The notes beneath the pieces are model-generated. The model was given only the letters and a program-made list of their open reading frames with translations. It did no database searches and was not told the origin of the DNA. Source: Candidatus Marinacidobacterales bacterium (GTDB lineage: Bacteria > Acidobacteriota > Vicinamibacteria > Marinacidobacterales > SMYC01). Taken from it: DNA of 64,000 nucleotides. Below, piece after piece: positions 52,127-63,084 of this stretch (position 1 is the first letter of the stretch; each line of letters begins with the position of its first letter). The stretch is from assembly GCA_965237955.1 (NCBI GenBank), contig OZ250169.1:4160001-4224000 (forward strand), read 5' to 3'. Both the position numbers and the translations under genes were made by a program.

Positions 52127-52363
52127 CTAGGCGGCCAGAGTTCTCGTATCCAGATGTTGCGGTAGCTTATAGAGCTCCCAATCCCCGTTCCACGCGGAGA
52201 GGTCGGTGCCGTCGAAGAGTACGATCGCATCCGATGGCGGACGTCCTGCCGATGCATCGACGATCGCGGGAACGGGCTCCCATACTTCCGTCAACGTGGG
52301 ATCTCCCTGGGACTGGCACATGACGGCCGTAATCGTCCCGATCGTGACGAGCGGTAACATCAT
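52127..52363 (-). pseudogene. DUF1080 (3-keto-disaccharide hydrolase) N-terminal fragment
   Basis: TEVWEPVP...PPSDAIVLFDGTDLSAW followed by an abrupt end. Confidence 0.7.
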
Positions 52364-52386
52364 TTTGAATTTCACGAACAAACCTC

Positions 52387-53586
52387 TCAGTCTTCAACGA
52401 ACTCGGGGCGGGGTCCCATGCCGATGGTTTTTGCCAACATCGATCGAAGAAACGGAATCTTGCTCACGAGCTTAGCCGGCCACGGCAAGATGAACTCCTT
52501 GTCCTCGAGCGCGCGTCGAATGAGCTGCTTTTGCACGATGGCTTGAACACGTTGGATGAATCGCGTCGGGGGATCGCGACGGCGCTGCACTGCCTCCAGG
52601 TGTTCGATCGAAAGGGTTCCCTCGGAAAGCGGCCGCCACAGCAGGTTCGCGGCGGCAACGGCATCTTGGATTGCGTAGTTGATGCCGACGCCCCCCGCAG
52701 GCGACATCACGTGGGCCGCGTCCCCGAGCACGAGAAGCCCTGGCTTGTACCATTTGGGAAGGCGAGACGATTCCACGGATAGAAAGTGCACATCGGTCCA
52801 TTCCTTCAACGTGTCGACGCGATCAGCGAGCTCGGGAACGAGCGTGGCGACGGATTGCCGCAACGCATCGAGACCGGCGTCCCGCACTTCCCGAACCGTG
52901 CCCTTGGTAATGATGTAGCCGAGCTGCCACTCGTGTTTTCTTCCGAAGACAACGATGACGTGCCCGGAGCCGACGCGGAAGCCGGTCATCTCGCGCGCCG
53001 ACTCGCCTGCGCGCCTAGGCAGGCGAAACCACATCACATCCATCGGTGGCGCGTTTTTGACGGCCTCGAACCCAGCGAGCCGGCTGATCCGAGACCCGCG
53101 ACCGTCAGTGCCTACTGTAAGCGTCGCTCGAATCTCGCTTCCGTCCATGAGCCGCACGCCGTGAACGCGGCCGTCTTCTTCAATGAGCTCATTCGCCCGC
53201 GTACCCATACGCACTTCGAAGCTCCGATATTGCTTTGCCTCCGAGACGAGGAGATCGAGAAGCTCGTCCTGGGGGAGAACAGCGATGTAGGGATAGCGCA
53301 GGCCTGTTTTCGAAAAATCCGCGAGGGCGATGGCGCCATCGCCGGTGACGAGGCTCATCTGCGACATCTTGACGTGATCGATCGCGAGTACCTTGTCCGC
53401 GAGCCCGATACCGTCGAGCATCTCGAGGGTGGACGGATGCACGGTGTCGCCGCGAAAATCACGGTCGAAATCGTCCTGGGCTTCGAGAAGGACGACGCGC
53501 ACACCCTTCCGCGCCAGGAGTAAGCCGAGAACGACACCTGCCGGACCTCCGCCGACGATGCAGCAAACGACGTCGACGTCGTTTAT
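52387..53586 (-). CDS. FAD-dependent oxidoreductase/monooxygenase
   Basis: IVGGGPAG, DFRGDTVHP, DGRGS and GDAAHVMSPAGGVGINYAIQD; the apparent start is ATA at 53586. Confidence 0.85.
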   Translation of the reverse strand: MNDVDVVCCIVGGGPAGVVLGLLLARKGVRVVLLEAQDDFDRDFRGDTVHPSTLEMLDGIGLADKVLAIDHVKMSQMSLVTGDGAIALADFSKTGLRYPYIAVLPQDELLDLLVSEAKQYRSFEVRMGTRANELIEEDGRVHGVRLMDGSEIRATLTVGTDGRGSRISRLAGFEAVKNAPPMDVMWFRLPRRAGESAREMTGFRVGSGHVIVVFGRKHEWQLGYIITKGTVREVRDAGLDALRQSVATLVPELADRVDTLKEWTDVHFLSVESSRLPKWYKPGLLVLGDAAHVMSPAGGVGINYAIQDAVAAANLLWRPLSEGTLSIEHLEAVQRRRDPPTRFIQRVQAIVQKQLIRRALEDKEFILPWPAKLVSKIPFLRSMLAKTIGMGPRPEFVED

Positions 53587-54143
53587 CGAGGCCACAGCCA
53601 GCCGAAGGCGCCGGCCGTCAGAAGCCCGTAGACGATCGCGTCGCCGACCTCCTTGAGTGTCGGCCCCCAAGGACGCCCGAACCAGATGGCGGCTTGGAAA
53701 AATGAGCCGCCGTACGCGAGCATCGCGACCGTACCCGCGATCTGGAAGACGCGCATGTACTCCGCACCCGGAGCGAGCGTGCGGCCGGTGACATACGCCA
53801 CGGCCGCCGAGACCACGACGTAGTAAACGAAGGACATCGCGATGGGTTTACCCATGGTGGGCGGGCCAGGCTCCCGCATCGTCAAGATACCGACGGGTCC
53901 CTCTGAGCACTTCTTCAGATAAGCCTCGGCCTGCATCGCTTTTTGATCGGAGGCGTAAGGAACCATGTATTGCCCGGGCTCGAGCTTTTCTTTGTTCATG
54001 GCTTCGCGCACCGCGTCTTCGTCTGGAAGCTGTTTCCAGTCGGACTTGTGATGCGGCGACACGACCCAAGCGAGAAAGCTTGCTATGAAAACGAAAATCG
54101 CTGAAACGAGAATAGGCATCCACAGAGCACCGATCGCAACCAT
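53583..54143 (-). CDS. Conserved-looking membrane protein of unknown function
   Basis: About four hydrophobic helices; GGAGG RBS. Confidence 0.75.
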   Translation of the reverse strand: MVAIGALWMPILVSAIFVFIASFLAWVVSPHHKSDWKQLPDEDAVREAMNKEKLEPGQYMVPYASDQKAMQAEAYLKKCSEGPVGILTMREPGPPTMGKPIAMSFVYYVVVSAAVAYVTGRTLAPGAEYMRVFQIAGTVAMLAYGGSFFQAAIWFGRPWGPTLKEVGDAIVYGLLTAGAFGWLWPR

Positions 54144-54214
54144 GATTCCCTCCAAATCCCAATGAAACCGGGAACGAGGGTAACATAGCGGCCGGCACGA
54201 GGTGGACCGATAGC

Positions 54215-55354
54215 ATGAAACGAAGGCTTCGCATGGGAATGGTAGGGGGAGGTCGCGGCGCGTTCATCGGCTCGGTGCATCGGATTGCCGCTGCGCTCGA
54301 TGGCACGATCGAGCTCACGTGTGGCGCGTTCAGCTCGGACCCGGAACGCTCGCGCGCGTCGGGTGCGGATCTTCTCCTGCCGGAGAACCGCGTCTACGGC
54401 GACTACCGCGAGATGATCGAGCGCGAAGCTCGGCTCCCGGCCGACGAGAAGATGGACTTCGTCGCCATCGTCACCCCGAACGACCAGCACCACGGGCCTG
54501 CAAAGCTCGCACTCGAGGCCGGCTTTCCGGTGATGTGCGACAAACCTCTTTGTTTGAACATGGAACAAGCCAAAGAGCTCGAGGCGACGGTGGATAAAAC
54601 CGGCCTCCTGTTCGGCCTCACGCACAACTACACGGGCTACCCGATGGTCAAAGAGGCGCGCCAGCGGGTCCGGGCCGGTGAGCTCGGGAAGATACGGCGC
54701 GTGGTCGCGGAGTACCCGCAAGGTTGGCTTGCCACGCGCCTCGAGTCCACCGGACAAAAGCAGGCCAACTGGCGTACCGACCCGAAACGCGCCGGTGCCA
54801 GTTGCTGCGTCGGGGACATCGGCACGCATGCCGCCAACCTCACGGAGTACGTCACCGGCCTTCCGATCGAAGAGGTCTCCGCCGAGCTTTCGACGTTCGT
54901 CGTCGGCCGGCCTCTCGACGACGATGCGAGCGTGATGTTGCGCCTAGTGGATGGCGCACGTGGTGTTTTGTGGGCGAGCCAGATTGCTATCGACGAAGAG
55001 AACGGGCTCAGCCTCCGGGTGTACGGGGAGAAGGGGAGTCTCGAGTGGCATCAGGAAGAGCCCAACACGCTGTTGTTGAAGTGGCCCGATAAGCCTCGCG
55101 AGCTCGTGCGCGCCGGTGCCAACTACGCTCGGCTGTCTCCCGATGCGCTCGGTGCGACCCGGCTTCCCGCCGGCCACCCGGAGGGTTACCTCGAAGGCTT
55201 CGCGAATCTCTACCGGAGCTTTGCCTCGGCGCTTCTCGAAGGCGGCGAGGCCGACTGCCCGACGATTAGAGACGGCGTGCGGGGGATGGCGTTCATCGAG
55301 GCCACGGTCGCGAGCTCGAACGACAACGCGAAGTGGACGAGAATCCGCGCCTGA
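54215..55354 (+). CDS. Gfo/Idh/MocA family oxidoreductase
   Basis: GMVGGGRGAFIG, VTPNDQH, CDKPL and GDIGTH motifs. Confidence 0.92.
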   Translation: MKRRLRMGMVGGGRGAFIGSVHRIAAALDGTIELTCGAFSSDPERSRASGADLLLPENRVYGDYREMIEREARLPADEKMDFVAIVTPNDQHHGPAKLALEAGFPVMCDKPLCLNMEQAKELEATVDKTGLLFGLTHNYTGYPMVKEARQRVRAGELGKIRRVVAEYPQGWLATRLESTGQKQANWRTDPKRAGASCCVGDIGTHAANLTEYVTGLPIEEVSAELSTFVVGRPLDDDASVMLRLVDGARGVLWASQIAIDEENGLSLRVYGEKGSLEWHQEEPNTLLLKWPDKPRELVRAGANYARLSPDALGATRLPAGHPEGYLEGFANLYRSFASALLEGGEADCPTIRDGVRGMAFIEATVASSNDNAKWTRIRA

Positions 55355-55401
55355 CGAGAATGAACGGGATCCCCGCGCGAGGCGGGAATCCCTGTTCGCG
55401 T

Positions 55402-57927
55402 TTACGGCCGAATCCGGATGGTCAGCGTGTTCGAGTTGGGAAGGCCGAGCGACTCACCCAGCAAAACGATGTGGTACGTGCCGGGCGTTTGGAGCTTGAA
55501 GCGCCCCGTGCCGTTCAGGACGACGGTGATTGCGGCCTCGTCTCCCGTACGTAGCGTCTGTAGCGCGGGCTTCGCCGGCGTCGTCGGGTGCGGAACGCGT
55601 CGCCACTCGGTGTCGACGATCTGAAACTGTACGGTCCCGAGGGCAACGTCGAGCTCCGCGGGGGCGTCGATTGCGTTGTCGCCGGTGTTCGCGAACGTGA
55701 CCGTGATTTCGATGCGCTCACCGACTTTGTAGGTGGCCTTGTTCGCCTCGATTCGTACCGATGGGTCCACGACCGCTGGGGGCGAAGGCGGCGGGGGAGG
55801 TGGAGCCGGCGCGGCTTGGAGAGATCTCAACTGTCTGGGTCGGGCGAGCCTGGGCGCGTACGAGGCATCGCCGGGGACACCGCCGAGAACACCGCCGACG
55901 ACACCTCCTTGTCGATACGCGCGCCGGTTGCCGAAAACTCCCCAGTAGCTCACACCGTCCGGCATCGTAACTGGCACTTCGACGAGCACAGGCTCTTCCG
56001 AGCCGGTCACAAAGGTTTTCTCCACGGCTACGAACGACGTATAGGCAGAAACCAGGTCGTGCGCGAGCGCTACCTCGGTGATCTGTTCCTCGAGGCGCGG
56101 TGTCGGTGTGACGATGTTCTCGTTCGATAGATCCTCGATACGGGCGCGTGCCCAAAGCGTTCCGATAGCTTCGCCTTCGAGACGCTCGCCGGGAAGGAGG
56201 ACTTCGACTTCCTGCTCGTACCGCCGGCCACCGAGCTTTCCCCTCAGCCTTAGCTTCCCTTTGCCCGGTTCTTTGTACTTTCCGTGGAGCACGACGGGTT
56301 GCCCGAGAAAGAGATCGGGAATCGTCTTCGGGTACACGTCTTCCACGGGAATGCCGCCCCAATCGATCTCGAGATCGGTGAGGTAAGGATTGCGGATGCG
56401 ATCGTAAAAGCGTGCCACCGACTCGTCTGCTTTGTCTTCCAGCAAAACGTACTCGACGGTACCCCTTCCGAACTCCGCCATCTTGTCGAGAAGATACCGG
56501 TTGACGGAGTTCCCCACGCCGAACGAGAAGAGCCTCGCACCACCCAAATTCGTATTCAGGTAAGCGAGAATTTCGTCCTCGTTTCCGATGTAGCCATCGG
56601 TCATGAACGAGACGATGCGAAGCCTCTCCGGGTCCTTCGGAGGTCGAAGCGCCGCCTCGACTCCTTCGAGCATGATGGTTCCACCGCGGCCGGAAAGCGT
56701 CCCGACGTAGGCGAGACCTTGCTGGATGTTGGCACTCGTCGCCGGTACCGGGCCCGGCTGGAAGCTCTCCGCGCCATTGGAAAAGCGAATGATTTGAAAC
56801 GTGTCGTGCGCGTTCAAATTCTTCAGCGCGTAGCGCATCGCTTCTTTGACTTTCTCGATGGGGAAACCGCTCATCGAGCCCGAGCCGTCCACGACGAAGA
56901 TCATCTCCTTCGGACTTATATCTTTGTCGGGAGGCTCGGTTTCGGGCTGCACGAGCAGCAGGAAGTAGCCGTTGCCGTCGCGGCGGTGGGGGAGCAGCGC
57001 AACACGTGGCGCGTCGCCGTCGATGCTGTAGCGCAGCACGAAGTCCTTGTTCGGGATTACCGCTTCGTTGGCGAGGCGAATGACGGCGCTGGTCTCTCCG
57101 TTCCGTTCGATAGTGACGTCGTGAGAGGGAGCGGCGAGCTCTGTTAAGGTCGCGCCAGCGTCGAGTTGCAAGCTCAAGGAGATGTCGTGGCCGGTTCGCT
57201 GCCCGGGCTCGAGCACCGGAGGCGTGATCCGTGACGCGTCGGGAACATCGGTGGTGTTTGGGGACCACCCGCGCTCACCGCTAGTGGATGGCTCGCCGGG
57301 AATGAACCGGGGACCCACGACCATCGGGAACGAGAACGTGTACGCGCTGTTCTCGTAAGGAACCGTCTCGAAGTAGCGAATCGTGACTTCCACGGAGTTT
57401 CCCGGAAGGATGTTGGCGACCGACTGGGTGAAGATGTTCGGCCGCTCTTGCTCGAGGAGCGCGGTGACGTGTCCAGCGGCCCGGGCTTCCTCATAGATTC
57501 GCTGCGCGTCATCGCGTTTCTTGATGGTCGCTTCGATCGTCCGCTCACCGATCTTGATCTCCATACCGTTCACGGCGGCACGATTCGGAAGCGGGAAGAC
57601 GTACACGGCCTCGATCTTTTTCTTGTATGGATTCCGGAAGATCTGGATGAGCTCGACCTGGGCGATGTTTCCCGTCACCTCGGCGCGGACATCGGTATGC
57701 TCCAGTGGAAATTGAAGCACCGCGCCGTCGGCATCGGTGCCCCGTAGGACACCGCCTTTGACATCGTCCGGGCCGGATGGTGTCGAAGCGACCGGTGTTT
57801 GGGGCGGATTCGTTTGGGGGGACGCGGTGTGAGCCGGCAAAGCCTCCGGGCCGCGCGAAAGAGCGATGACGGTGAGCACACAAGCCGCACTGATGATGAT
57901 GACGAGAGCAATAGCAAGGCGATTCAT
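55402..57927 (-). CDS. VIT-vWA domain protein, membrane-anchored or secreted
   Basis: VIT (EAVYVFPLP, LLEQERPNIFTQSVANI), MIDAS DGSGSM, T and TDG, LVSAYTSFVAV, Pro-rich linker and Ig-like C-terminus. Confidence 0.92.
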   Translation of the reverse strand: MNRLAIALVIIISAACVLTVIALSRGPEALPAHTASPQTNPPQTPVASTPSGPDDVKGGVLRGTDADGAVLQFPLEHTDVRAEVTGNIAQVELIQIFRNPYKKKIEAVYVFPLPNRAAVNGMEIKIGERTIEATIKKRDDAQRIYEEARAAGHVTALLEQERPNIFTQSVANILPGNSVEVTIRYFETVPYENSAYTFSFPMVVGPRFIPGEPSTSGERGWSPNTTDVPDASRITPPVLEPGQRTGHDISLSLQLDAGATLTELAAPSHDVTIERNGETSAVIRLANEAVIPNKDFVLRYSIDGDAPRVALLPHRRDGNGYFLLLVQPETEPPDKDISPKEMIFVVDGSGSMSGFPIEKVKEAMRYALKNLNAHDTFQIIRFSNGAESFQPGPVPATSANIQQGLAYVGTLSGRGGTIMLEGVEAALRPPKDPERLRIVSFMTDGYIGNEDEILAYLNTNLGGARLFSFGVGNSVNRYLLDKMAEFGRGTVEYVLLEDKADESVARFYDRIRNPYLTDLEIDWGGIPVEDVYPKTIPDLFLGQPVVLHGKYKEPGKGKLRLRGKLGGRRYEQEVEVLLPGERLEGEAIGTLWARARIEDLSNENIVTPTPRLEEQITEVALAHDLVSAYTSFVAVEKTFVTGSEEPVLVEVPVTMPDGVSYWGVFGNRRAYRQGGVVGGVLGGVPGDASYAPRLARPRQLRSLQAAPAPPPPPPSPPAVVDPSVRIEANKATYKVGERIEITVTFANTGDNAIDAPAELDVALGTVQFQIVDTEWRRVPHPTTPAKPALQTLRTGDEAAITVVLNGTGRFKLQTPGTYHIVLLGESLGLPNSNTLTIRIRP

Positions 57928-58046
57928 GACAAACCCTCCTGGCAGGGCGGCGAAGCCACTATTAGTATTGGTACCCGCAGGATGACAGATTGTTCCACTC
58001 TGGAGGCTTTTTTTCCAGCAGGACGGCTGCGATAGAATCTGCGACC

Positions 58047-58370
58047 GTGCCTACGCACCGCGGGCCCTTAGTGCCCTTAGCCCGGACCCTCGTCGATGAG
58101 CTCGAGAGACAAAGCGTCTCGCACGTCGTCGACATCTCTCGAGTGCACCGAGCGTTCGAGCAGGCAAACGAGCTGTCGCGACCCGTCGCACTGCTTTTGA
58201 CTCAGGCGTTATGCTGACGAAACAGGAGCTTCTCGAGCCGCTCGCACGCGCGCGGACGAACGAGGTCGTCATCACCAGTATGGGTGTCGTCCGGCCATGG
58301 GGTCGATTGTCCGACAGCGACCTCGACTTCGCGTCCGCCGACAGCGCGATGGGACACACCGCCGATCAGC
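58047..58370 (+). pseudogene. Remnant of a sulfopyruvate/phosphonopyruvate decarboxylase-like (TPP) gene pair
   Basis: Beta-subunit-like start at 58211, MLTKQELLEPLARARTNEVVITSMG...SAMGH, truncated; degenerate alpha-like tail upstream. Confidence 0.5.
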
Positions 58371-58405
58371 GCAAATCCTGAAGAGTAATTCTATAATGGA
58401 GTTTC

Positions 58406-59323
58406 ATGAACTCGAATGACCTCATGTCCGGCGTACTGGCGCCGGTCGTCACTCCGTTCACATCCGACCTCACGCCCGACGCGGAACGGCTTCTTAAGCA
58501 CTGTCGTTGGCTTCAGGATCAAAACTGCGGTCTGGCGGTCTTCGGAACCAACAGCGAGGCCAACTCGCTGTCGGTCGGCGAACGTACCCAACTTTTGGAC
58601 ATGCTGATCGAACAGGGCCTGGATCCGAAGCGGATGATGCCGGGAACCGGATGCTGCTCCATCGTGGACTCGGTGACGCTCACGAAACACGCTCTCGCGC
58701 ACGGTGTCGGCGGTGTTCTGATGCTGCCGCCGTTCTACTACAAGGGCGTGAGCGACGAGGGGCTCTACCGGACGTTCGCGGAGATCATCGAGCGCGTCGG
58801 TGACGATCGCCTGCGCATTTATCTGTATCACTTCCCGCAAATGTCCCAGGTCCCTCTCGGTATCGAGCTCGTCGGTCGGCTACGCGAATCGTTTCCCCGA
58901 ATCGTCGTCGGCATGAAGGATAGCTCAGGCGATCGTGACAACCTGAACGCAGTGCTTTCGGCTTTTCCCGGATTCGGTTACTTCGCCGGCAACGAGACGC
59001 TGCTGTTGGCGAACATGCGCGCCGGCGGCGTCGGATGCATCTCGGCGACGGCCAACGTCAACCCGAAGGCGATCGATCATCTTTTCCAGAACTGGCAAAC
59101 CGACGATGCCGACTCGGCGCAATCGTCTTTGAACGACGTGCGGGGGGCGGTGCAGCAGTTTCCGCTCGTTCCCGCGCTCAAGAAAATCATCTCTCATTAC
59201 GCGGGCGACCCGGAGTGGAACCGGCTGCGCCCGCCTCTGGTAGAGTTGGTCGAGGCGGACGGCGACAAACTCATTGCCGACCTGCAGGCGGTCGACTTCG
59301 ACATGCCTGGCCTCGGGAGCTGA
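58406..59323 (+). CDS. Dihydrodipicolinate synthase (DapA)-like aldolase family protein
   Basis: PVVTPF, FGTNSEA, LPPFYY, YLYHFP and Schiff-base GMKDSSG. Confidence 0.9.
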   Translation: MNSNDLMSGVLAPVVTPFTSDLTPDAERLLKHCRWLQDQNCGLAVFGTNSEANSLSVGERTQLLDMLIEQGLDPKRMMPGTGCCSIVDSVTLTKHALAHGVGGVLMLPPFYYKGVSDEGLYRTFAEIIERVGDDRLRIYLYHFPQMSQVPLGIELVGRLRESFPRIVVGMKDSSGDRDNLNAVLSAFPGFGYFAGNETLLLANMRAGGVGCISATANVNPKAIDHLFQNWQTDDADSAQSSLNDVRGAVQQFPLVPALKKIISHYAGDPEWNRLRPPLVELVEADGDKLIADLQAVDFDMPGLGS

Positions 59324-59329
59324 TGAGTG

Positions 59330-59985
59330 CTACTGCACGTATCCGAGCGCCCTCAAGCTGTCGAGCACCTCTTCGTCCAGCGCTTCGAGCGGCATCGCCG
59401 TCTGTCCGATAGTGCTTCCACGGATCGCTCGGCGCAGCGCTTCCAGGACATCGACGTCCACAGACGAAGGATGAAAAGGCGTTGCCTCGCGCGGATCCTC
59501 GACGAGGTCATAGACTTCCTCGCGAACGAGCCGGCCGTCGCGGACGGTGCTGCGGAGCAATTTGAAGCGCGGACCGATCGAAGCTCTCAATTCCACTTTG
59601 TAGCGATCGAGGACACCGGTTCGTGAAACACGCCGGGGAAACAGGCCGAGCGAGATCCTCGGATACTCGCGCGTTGCCGATACCGTCCGCTCGGCGGGTA
59701 ATTCGGCTGCGAGATCGACACCCTGCGCGCCCGGCCGAGGCCGAAGGCCAGCCGCGCGGAGGGCGGTGGTGTGAACATCGGTGATATGCACCAGCGCTTC
59801 TTCGCGCGCCCCTTCGCGGAATCCGGGCCCTCGAACGAGACACACGATCCGCAAGTTCGTGTCGTACAGGTTGAAGATATGGGTGGCGTGGCCGTGATCG
59901 CCAAGGTTTTCGCCATGATCGGAGACGATGAACATAATCGTGTTCTCCGGATCGCTGACGGCGTCGACCGCATCGACGATGTTAC
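59330..59985 (-). pseudogene. Sulfatase-like protein C-terminal fragment
   Basis: IVSDHGENLGDHG, YDLVEDPRE and terminal LRALGYV. Confidence 0.75.
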
Positions 59986-59989
59986 CCGC

Positions 59990-60709
59990 GACTTCACGCC
60001 GCGCGTTTCGACTACGTGTTCGTGCCGACGGCAATCCTTTGCGTCGTGGCGCTGGTCGTCCTCGCCCGAGGCGACCGGCGCGATCGGCTCGCACTCGGTT
60101 CGGGGCTTCTTTTTGTCATGATGACGCTCGTGATCACCGTGTTCTATACATGGGAGTATCGAGGCTTGCGTGCCATTTTGTTCACGGTCCCGTTTTTGGC
60201 GGTGAGCGTTGCCCCCTTGGTGTCGTCCGGGGTTTCGCGTGTTCGAAGCAAGCTCCCAGCGGTGGCGGTGATCGTCTGCCTGCTGTTTTTTGGGTATTGG
60301 GGCAGTGGGCGCTTGGCGAAAAGGCTCACCGCCACCGACGGCGCGCGCGCCGTCGAGGTCATGGAAAGCCTGAATCTCGACAAAGGTAGCGTTGTTATAG
60401 CGCCGGTCTCCCTCGCACTGGACTTTGTGCTGCGCAACTACCCGCTCCGGTGGGTCGTACATACCTGCCAACGCGAAAACACTAGAGCTCGTTGACGAGG
60501 TCCATGACGTGCGTACCGTCATCGTGCGTGTAGACGAGCTGGGACGTCGTTTGTCGGAAGAAGACATTCAGAGCATCGGACTCGTGCGGGTACGCGAGTT
60601 CGAGCACAGCGTCTTCAAAAACAGCGCGACCTTCGTCGTGTTCGAGAGAGCTCATCGATCTGTAGAGGCCGTAGAGGCCGTAGTGCCCGTAGTAGACGTC
60701 GAGCGGTAG
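59990..60709 (+). pseudogene. Membrane protein C-terminal fragment, frameshifted
   Basis: Hydrophobic helices (60016..60495) continuing in the 60425..60709 frame. Confidence 0.45.
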
Positions 60710-61010
60710 AGCGTCGCGCCGTCGTTACGGAATACTTCTTCGAGAATCTCTGCGACCGGCGCACGGAGGGGGTTGGTCGCGGGAGCGTAAACCCACGTCG
60801 CTCCGTACTTGCTCAAAATCGAACGTGCAAGCGAAGGGTCCTCGGTTTTGAAGAATGTCGTGATGTCGGCGGCGCGCCGTTGTACCTCTTCGGCGGGGGC
60901 GAAGCTGAACGGATAGCCCTGCCAATAGGTCAACACCGTGGCTCGCCCCGCGAGGTGGCTGGCCGGTGACGGCGTCTCGCGGTTGACGGGGTGTATCACC
61001 ACGCCTTCGA
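60652..61010 (-). pseudogene. C-terminal fragment of a membrane glycosyltransferase-like protein
   Basis: RRAADITTFF...ARSILSKYGATWVY...EEVFRNDGATLYR pattern. Confidence 0.4.
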
Positions 61011-61182
61011 CTCGGCGCGCGTCTACCGAATCCCTTTGTCGAAGGGGAGCTGACGCTTTGGTTTCATCTCGCGTGCGGCGCGTACAAGCGCCCCGAGGCG
61101 TATCTCGAGGCAGCGCGGGATACGATGGAGACGATTGAGAACGCCGCGTGGCTCGAGAGAGAAGCGAAGCGAAGCGAAGTTT

Positions 61183-61464
61183 GGAGTACGAGCGCCTCCC
61201 ACGTCTCAACGGCGCCGACCGCGCCCCCACGGGCCGGGCGCGCTGTCGAAGCTGCCGCGATCTGATCGAAAAAGGTTCCTGGCGTATCTCCGTCGTCTAC
61301 TACGACGAGGGTGGAGGGTCGAGCCCTCGGGATACATCCACCCGAAGTGTGCGAAGAACTACTTCGGGACAACTGATATTGTCGATCGACTACGGCATTT
61401 CTCCCCTGGGCTCGAAGCGAGCGACGTCGATGAGATTCGGGCCGAGTTGCAAGACACCGCCTAG
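61183..61464 (+). pseudogene. PARP-type zinc-finger protein fragment, frameshifted near 61313
   Basis: APTGRARCRSCRDLIEKGSWR plus GYIHPKC (CxxC...HxxC). Confidence 0.65.
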
Positions 61465-61594
61465 CCGGTCTTCTCGACGTCGACCCACAAGTCGTGGAGT
61501 CTTCCACCGCCTCCGAGATCCGTGAGTTGAACGGACGACAGTCTATAACGACGGAGGTGAACGATACTCCCGGCTGATGGCCGATGGCTGATGG

Positions 61595-62443
61595 CTACTC
61601 CAAGTCACGTTCCAACCACCACTTCATCGTCTTCGTCACGAGGTCGCTCGCGTCCTGCTGGACGAAGTGTCCTGCGCCAGGAACGGTGACGAGGGTGAGA
61701 TCTTTCTCGAGCCACTCCCAGGTATCGTTGAGCCCGCCAGGCAGGAGCGCCTGGTCATCGAGCCCGTGGAACATCAACACCGGCATCGTCGCCTTGGGAA
61801 GCGCGGGTCCGGTGGGCGCCGGGTCTCCTGGCTTCGCGCGCGGGTAGTTCGCTTTGTAGTAGTTCAGCATCGCGGTGAAATCCGACCGCTCGAACGCCTC
61901 GCCGTAGCGCTCGCGCGCCGCCGGATCCTTGACCCAGCCGGCAAGTGTTTGGGGTGTCATCGGACGCCCGAAGAAGACGTCCGGTGCTTCCGGACCCTTC
62001 TCCTGAAACGTGCGCGCATACGAGCTGTTCTCGTACTGCTGGGGGTTGGTGCGAAGCTCCCGAGCGAGACCGTTGGGGTGCCGCCCCAATCATGGCCCAC
62101 GATGATCGCGCTGTCTTCGCCGTGGTGACGTATCACCGCGGCGACGTCCGCGACGAGAAGCGGCATGCGGTATTGCTCCACGCCTTTTGGCTTGTCGCTA
62201 CGGTTGTAGCCACGCAAGTCGAGCGCGACGACTTTGAAATCGCCCGAAAGTGCGTCCATCTGATCGCGCCACGTGTACCAGAAATCGGGAAATCCGTGGA
62301 TCATCACTACTAGCGGTCCCTCGCCGAGGCTCGCGTAGTGGATCTTCACGCCGTCGCTGTCGGCGTGGCCCTGCTCGACGCGATCGTAAAGGTCGTTTAC
62401 TCGGCATCGCGCTAAGAACCAACGTCATCCAGAGTTGAATCAT
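61595..62443 (-). pseudogene. Alpha/beta hydrolase (epoxide hydrolase-like), frameshifted with deletion
   Basis: [27 protein letters not shown] and GHFVQ spread over three frames. Confidence 0.8.
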
Positions 62444-62873
62444 CACTTAGCTCGTTATCTGTTATGGTCACGGCGCCGTCGGCGTCGATCGCGAACGTTT
62501 GCCCCGAGCGCAACCGATCGAAATCCTCGCCCGACGCTGCGAGAATTGGGATCGGCTTTTGGTACATCTCGTCGGCGACGATCGACGCAAGAGACAGAAA
62601 CGCATCGCGGCCGCGGCTCACGATGGCGGCGGGAGCGGTTCCGACGCGCACTGCTTCGAGAAGGATGGCCGACGTCGTGCTCGAGCCTTTGGTGAACGGA
62701 ACCACGAGAACTCTGCCTGCCGCGATCTGGCCCGAGAGAGGGTGCCGACGATCGACGATCTCGCCCGTCGCCGCATCGTAGCCTCCCCAAAAGCTCAAAG
62801 GTTGGGAGCTTTTGAGGATCTCTCCCGAAGCTTTCCCAGGGACGACGATGTCGGCGTGGAACCGGTAGCTCAT
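62412..62873 (-). CDS. DUF126 / aconitase X swivel-domain subunit
   Basis: PLSFWGG, HPLSGQ and KGSSTTS motifs; the partner large subunit is absent upstream. Confidence 0.8.
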   Translation of the reverse strand: MSYRFHADIVVPGKASGEILKSSQPLSFWGGYDAATGEIVDRRHPLSGQIAAGRVLVVPFTKGSSTTSAILLEAVRVGTAPAAIVSRGRDAFLSLASIVADEMYQKPIPILAASGEDFDRLRSGQTFAIDADGAVTITDNELSDDSTLDDVGS

Positions 62874-63084
62874 GGGGGCCATCATTCCATCCGCGTGACC
62901 ACGGTGTCCACAGTGATAGGATCGCGGCGTGCTCGTGACCGAGAGCGACGAACGCCTACGAGTCCGAGGTCGAGAGCGACTTCTTGCTTCCGGCGAGTGT
63001 CGTCGGGGGTTCCGATCTGCACGTTGAGATCCGCGCCGTTCGTCCGGGCTTCAGCGCGCTTCACTATGAGTTGTGGGGGTTAAG

